Shown in pieces: positions 58,445 through 61,378 of a stretch of DNA of 61,378 nt (its first letter is position 1; each line of letters opens with the position of its first letter). The notes under the pieces are model-generated. The model was given only the letters and a program-made list of their open reading frames with translations, was not told the DNA's origin and ran no database searches. This DNA comes from an uncultured Anaerolineales bacterium. Its GTDB lineage: Bacteria > Chloroflexota > Anaerolineae > B4-G1 > SLSP01. Both the position numbers and the translations under genes were made by a program. The DNA is taken from assembly GCA_964508025.1 (NCBI GenBank), contig CAZDSF010000008.1, forward strand, positions 22,088 through 83,465. Reading direction: 5' to 3'.

Positions 58445-59710
58445 GTGACTGGAATGGTTATCTTGATATTAGCTTTGGCATGGATTCTAATTTGTTCGTG
58501 TATGTTCTTCCTTGTGCTAAAAACACCTTTGGATCATTTTGCCAAACTTCGTATTTCTTCGATTCTTGGAATTGCATTAATGTTGCGTTTTGTTCCTGCA
58601 ATTCTTCTCCAGCAAGGTGCAAGCTATGAGATGAATTTGTTTCAAGAAATAGCTGCACAAGCACTTGCGGGTGAGAATGTATTAACGCAATTGCCTTATT
58701 TGCCATTCTTTGTTTATTGGATGGCCATTGCCGAATGGCTTAGCCGGACAACCGGAGTCCATTTTACATTTTGGTTAAAGCTTCCTTCTATTCTTGCAGA
58801 TGTTATGATCATCGCTGTTTTGTATTGGCGCATGGTTAAGTCAGGCGATTCCTATGCAAGGATCAATAAATCTTTGTGGTTGTACGTGTTTAATCCTGTT
58901 ACTATATTGGTTGTGAGCTATCATGGACAATTTGATGTGTTAGCATTGTTATTTTTGATTTTATCCATTGTTGTTTTGGAACTGTATGATTCGAAGAGAT
59001 ATAGTTTCCTGGCGGGTCTTATCCTCGGTGTAGGGATTCTGATTAAGACCTGGCCTGGGATTTTTATTTTGACAGTGATTGCAAGCAGGAACCTTAAAGA
59101 GAAGCTTGGGTTTGTGTTAGCTGCCGCTATTGTCCCCTTCGTTAGTATGTGTGCAAGCATTCTGGTTTTTGGTGGTGAACTGGAGCTGCTTTTTCGAATA
59201 CCTCGTCGCGCTCTACAAGCGGGGGCGATACCTGGTTGGTGGGGTTATACGGGGTTAGCAAATGGTGTGTCATGGCTATTAGGGCAATCAGAAATAAACT
59301 TTGACGGGTTAATGCGCTTTAAATTGCTGATTGTGTTTTTGCCGGTTATGTTAATGGTTTTTTTCTCGCGTAGGAAACCGATATCTATAGCGCTTTTAAA
59401 TGCACTCTTTGCGCTCTTCATTTTTGCTCCTGGGTTTGGTTTGCAATCTTTGAGTTGGCTTATTCCATTTTTTATATGTTTTGCTCGCCGAAATTCTCTG
59501 GGCTGGTATGTAGGTCTGAGTTTCCTGCATATGCTGGTTAGCTATTGGGGAGTTCATTTCACGCCTGCATTATATACAGTGTTTTCATGGGATATAATAC
59601 GGGGGATAGTGCAATTATCGGCTGTGCCTGTGTGGTTGCTGCTAATAGTCCTTGTGCTTAAACGCGAGATGGAAAATGGTGTTTTGGAAGCGAAGAGATG
59701 CAGTCTGTGA
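58445..59710 (+). CDS. Polytopic membrane protein, probable GT-C glycosyltransferase (GT87/DUF2029-like)
   Basis: Low-GC gene, ~11 TM helices. LIKTWPGIFIL-type segment. Confidence 0.45.
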   Translation: MTGMVILILALAWILICSCMFFLVLKTPLDHFAKLRISSILGIALMLRFVPAILLQQGASYEMNLFQEIAAQALAGENVLTQLPYLPFFVYWMAIAEWLSRTTGVHFTFWLKLPSILADVMIIAVLYWRMVKSGDSYARINKSLWLYVFNPVTILVVSYHGQFDVLALLFLILSIVVLELYDSKRYSFLAGLILGVGILIKTWPGIFILTVIASRNLKEKLGFVLAAAIVPFVSMCASILVFGGELELLFRIPRRALQAGAIPGWWGYTGLANGVSWLLGQSEINFDGLMRFKLLIVFLPVMLMVFFSRRKPISIALLNALFALFIFAPGFGLQSLSWLIPFFICFARRNSLGWYVGLSFLHMLVSYWGVHFTPALYTVFSWDIIRGIVQLSAVPVWLLLIVLVLKREMENGVLEAKRCSL

Positions 59711-60918
59711 TACAGTTTGACCAAGTATTCAAGCGTTTTCATCTGGAACGCGCGCGCGCACGTTCGTTCCAGGAATTGTTGCATACCGTCATCAAAGGCT
59801 CGCGACCGCAATCACAGGAAGATTTCTGGGCGCTGCGCAATGTGAGCTTTGGAATTGCGCCCGGCGAGACGGTTGGCTTTATTGGGGCGAATGGCGCAGG
59901 CAAAAGCAGTATCCTCAAACTCATCGCGCGAATTCTGGAGCCGACTTCGGGGCGGGTGCAGGTGAATGGACGAGTTTCGGCGCTGCTGGAGCTCGGCGCG
60001 GGGTTCCACCCCGATTTGACCGGGCGGGAGAATGTGTTCCTGAATGGTGCAATCCTGGGCTTGGAGCGCGCGGATATTCGGCGGCGATTGGACGACATCA
60101 TCGCGTTCGCGGAACTGGAGCGCTTCATTGATGTGCCGGTGCGCAACTACTCCTCTGGCATGTTGGTGCGCCTTGGCTTTTCCGTGGCGACGGCTTTCCG
60201 GCCCGATATTTTGCTCATTGATGAGGTACTGGCTGTTGGTGATCAGGCGTTCCAAGGGCGGTGTCTGCAACGGATCGCGCAAATTCAGCGCGAAGGCGCG
60301 ACTATTGTGTTAGTTTCCCACGATTTGCATACAACGCGCCAGTTATGTCAGCGTGCATTGTGGTTGGATGATGGTGAGATCAAGGCTGATGGTGATACTG
60401 ATGGCGTGATTACAACATACATGCAGCATCTCTGGCAGAAAGATAGCGCACGAAAGTCCTCGGATGATACATTGGGTAGTCGCTGGGGATCTGGAGAAGC
60501 GTTGATCGAGCGTGTGGAATTTCTCGATGCGCAGGGACGTGTTACGGAAGTTTTTCATACGGGCGAGCGCTTCACCGCTAGAATTTGGTATAATGCGCGT
60601 GAACAGGTGGCTATTCCGACATTTGGTGTGGCAATATATCGTGAGGATAATACCCATATTACCGGGCCTAATACCGCGTTGTCTAAATTCCCGATTGATC
60701 AGATTATTGGACGCGGTTATGTAGATTATATAGTGGAGCAGCTACCGCTTTTGCCGGGACGTTATGAGTTTACTGCAGCAATCTATGATTATTATTCGGT
60801 GCATCCGTATGATCATCGCCATCGGCAGTTTGTGTTTGAAGTGCGGGCCGTTGGTGATATCAATCAAAAAGAAGGGGTTATTTATTTGCCATGTCATTGG
60901 GATCATGTGGCGCTATGA
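59698..60918 (+). CDS. wzt: ABC transporter ATP-binding protein, Wzt/TagH type with C-terminal carbohydrate-binding domain
   Basis: GANGAGKSS (Walker A), LSGGM-like NYSSGMLVRLGF, ILLIDEVLAVGD (Walker B). About 150-aa C-terminal beta-sandwich extension. Confidence 0.85.
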   Translation: MQSVIQFDQVFKRFHLERARARSFQELLHTVIKGSRPQSQEDFWALRNVSFGIAPGETVGFIGANGAGKSSILKLIARILEPTSGRVQVNGRVSALLELGAGFHPDLTGRENVFLNGAILGLERADIRRRLDDIIAFAELERFIDVPVRNYSSGMLVRLGFSVATAFRPDILLIDEVLAVGDQAFQGRCLQRIAQIQREGATIVLVSHDLHTTRQLCQRALWLDDGEIKADGDTDGVITTYMQHLWQKDSARKSSDDTLGSRWGSGEALIERVEFLDAQGRVTEVFHTGERFTARIWYNAREQVAIPTFGVAIYREDNTHITGPNTALSKFPIDQIIGRGYVDYIVEQLPLLPGRYEFTAAIYDYYSVHPYDHRHRQFVFEVRAVGDINQKEGVIYLPCHWDHVAL

Positions 60919-61378
60919 GAAAGTCCGGTAATTTGCTAGCTGAAAGTATTGCTGCTATTATAGTTTTTATCGCGGCATATTTCGTGATAACTTTCCCTTT
61001 ACTCACGCGACCTGGTTATTTGGTCTGGGGACGGCCGTTTGAGGATGCTTGGGAAAGCATTGGATTCTTGGAGTGGTACAAGCATTCTCTATTTGATTTG
61101 CATGTTTCCCCGTTGTTTCGAACCGATGTGTTTTATCCTGGCGGCTGGGATTTACGTTACGCGATTCTTCCGCCATTATTCCCTACGTTGTTGGCGCCAA
61201 TCACATATTTTTTAGGTTCGGTGTTAACTTATAATATTACATTATTATTTACAACTGTTGTTGCTGCCTATGGTACGTTTTTGTTAGCTAATACATTACG
61301 CCCTGGTTGGTGGGCCGGATTGATAGCGGGTTTTTTGTACGCATTTTGCCCGCAACGAGAGGTGTATCTCGGTGTGCA
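60915..61378 (+). CDS. Membrane protein, 5' part only (runs off window end)
   Basis: ATG at 60915 overlaps the wzt stop (ATGA). Open frame to 61378: MRKSGNLLAESIAAIIVFIAAYFVITFPLL.... Confidence 0.4.
   Translation, partial: MRKSGNLLAESIAAIIVFIAAYFVITFPLLTRPGYLVWGRPFEDAWESIGFLEWYKHSLFDLHVSPLFRTDVFYPGGWDLRYAILPPLFPTLLAPITYFLGSVLTYNITLLFTTVVAAYGTFLLANTLRPGWWAGLIAGFLYAFCPQREVYLGV

Overview
High-GC (~65-68%) bacterial chromosomal window, probably from a Chloroflexi-like organism (this is inference from composition, gene content and PT-rich linkers). Gene density is very high. Housekeeping genes: gyrA, def, apbC/mrp, purA, cdd, glmU, a perR-katG operon, S9 and S8-PKD peptidases, a MoxR-DUF58-DUF4129 operon, a UDG, and nitroreductase/F420-type reductases. 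Three regions stand out. (a) 5.3-11.0 kb: two tandem SPFH membrane proteins lie divergent from a cNMP-binding/2x bacterial-PH membrane protein. (b) A ~0.7 kb low-GC insertion at ~31.9-32.6 kb carries a toxin-antitoxin-like gene pair. (c) A long envelope/glycan block at 45.4-61.4 kb contains a flippase-like protein, a GT2 with C-terminal TM helices, several GT-C membrane glycosyltransferases, DUF4012, a PT-rich anchored surface protein, a Vgb-like beta-propeller, clan GH-A hydrolase paralogs and a Wzt ABC ATPase; it includes an AT-richer island at ~53.8-59.7 kb. Two recurring sequence signals are not explained by ordinary annotation. One is a conserved ~90-nt 5'-leader element (hairpin GTGAGCAG...CTGCTCAC + TCACCAGTTACTATTTT + GGAGG) found upstream of three unrelated genes or operons. 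The other is a short hydrophobic F/Y-LPL-V/L-x-K/R motif at the extreme C-termini (or just after the signal peptide) of five secreted proteins. A perfect PerR box (TTATAATTATTATAA) sits in front of the Fur-family gene upstream of katG. No rRNA, tRNA, CRISPR, transposase or integrase was seen. Long antisense ORFs in the track are treated as GC-driven shadow frames.
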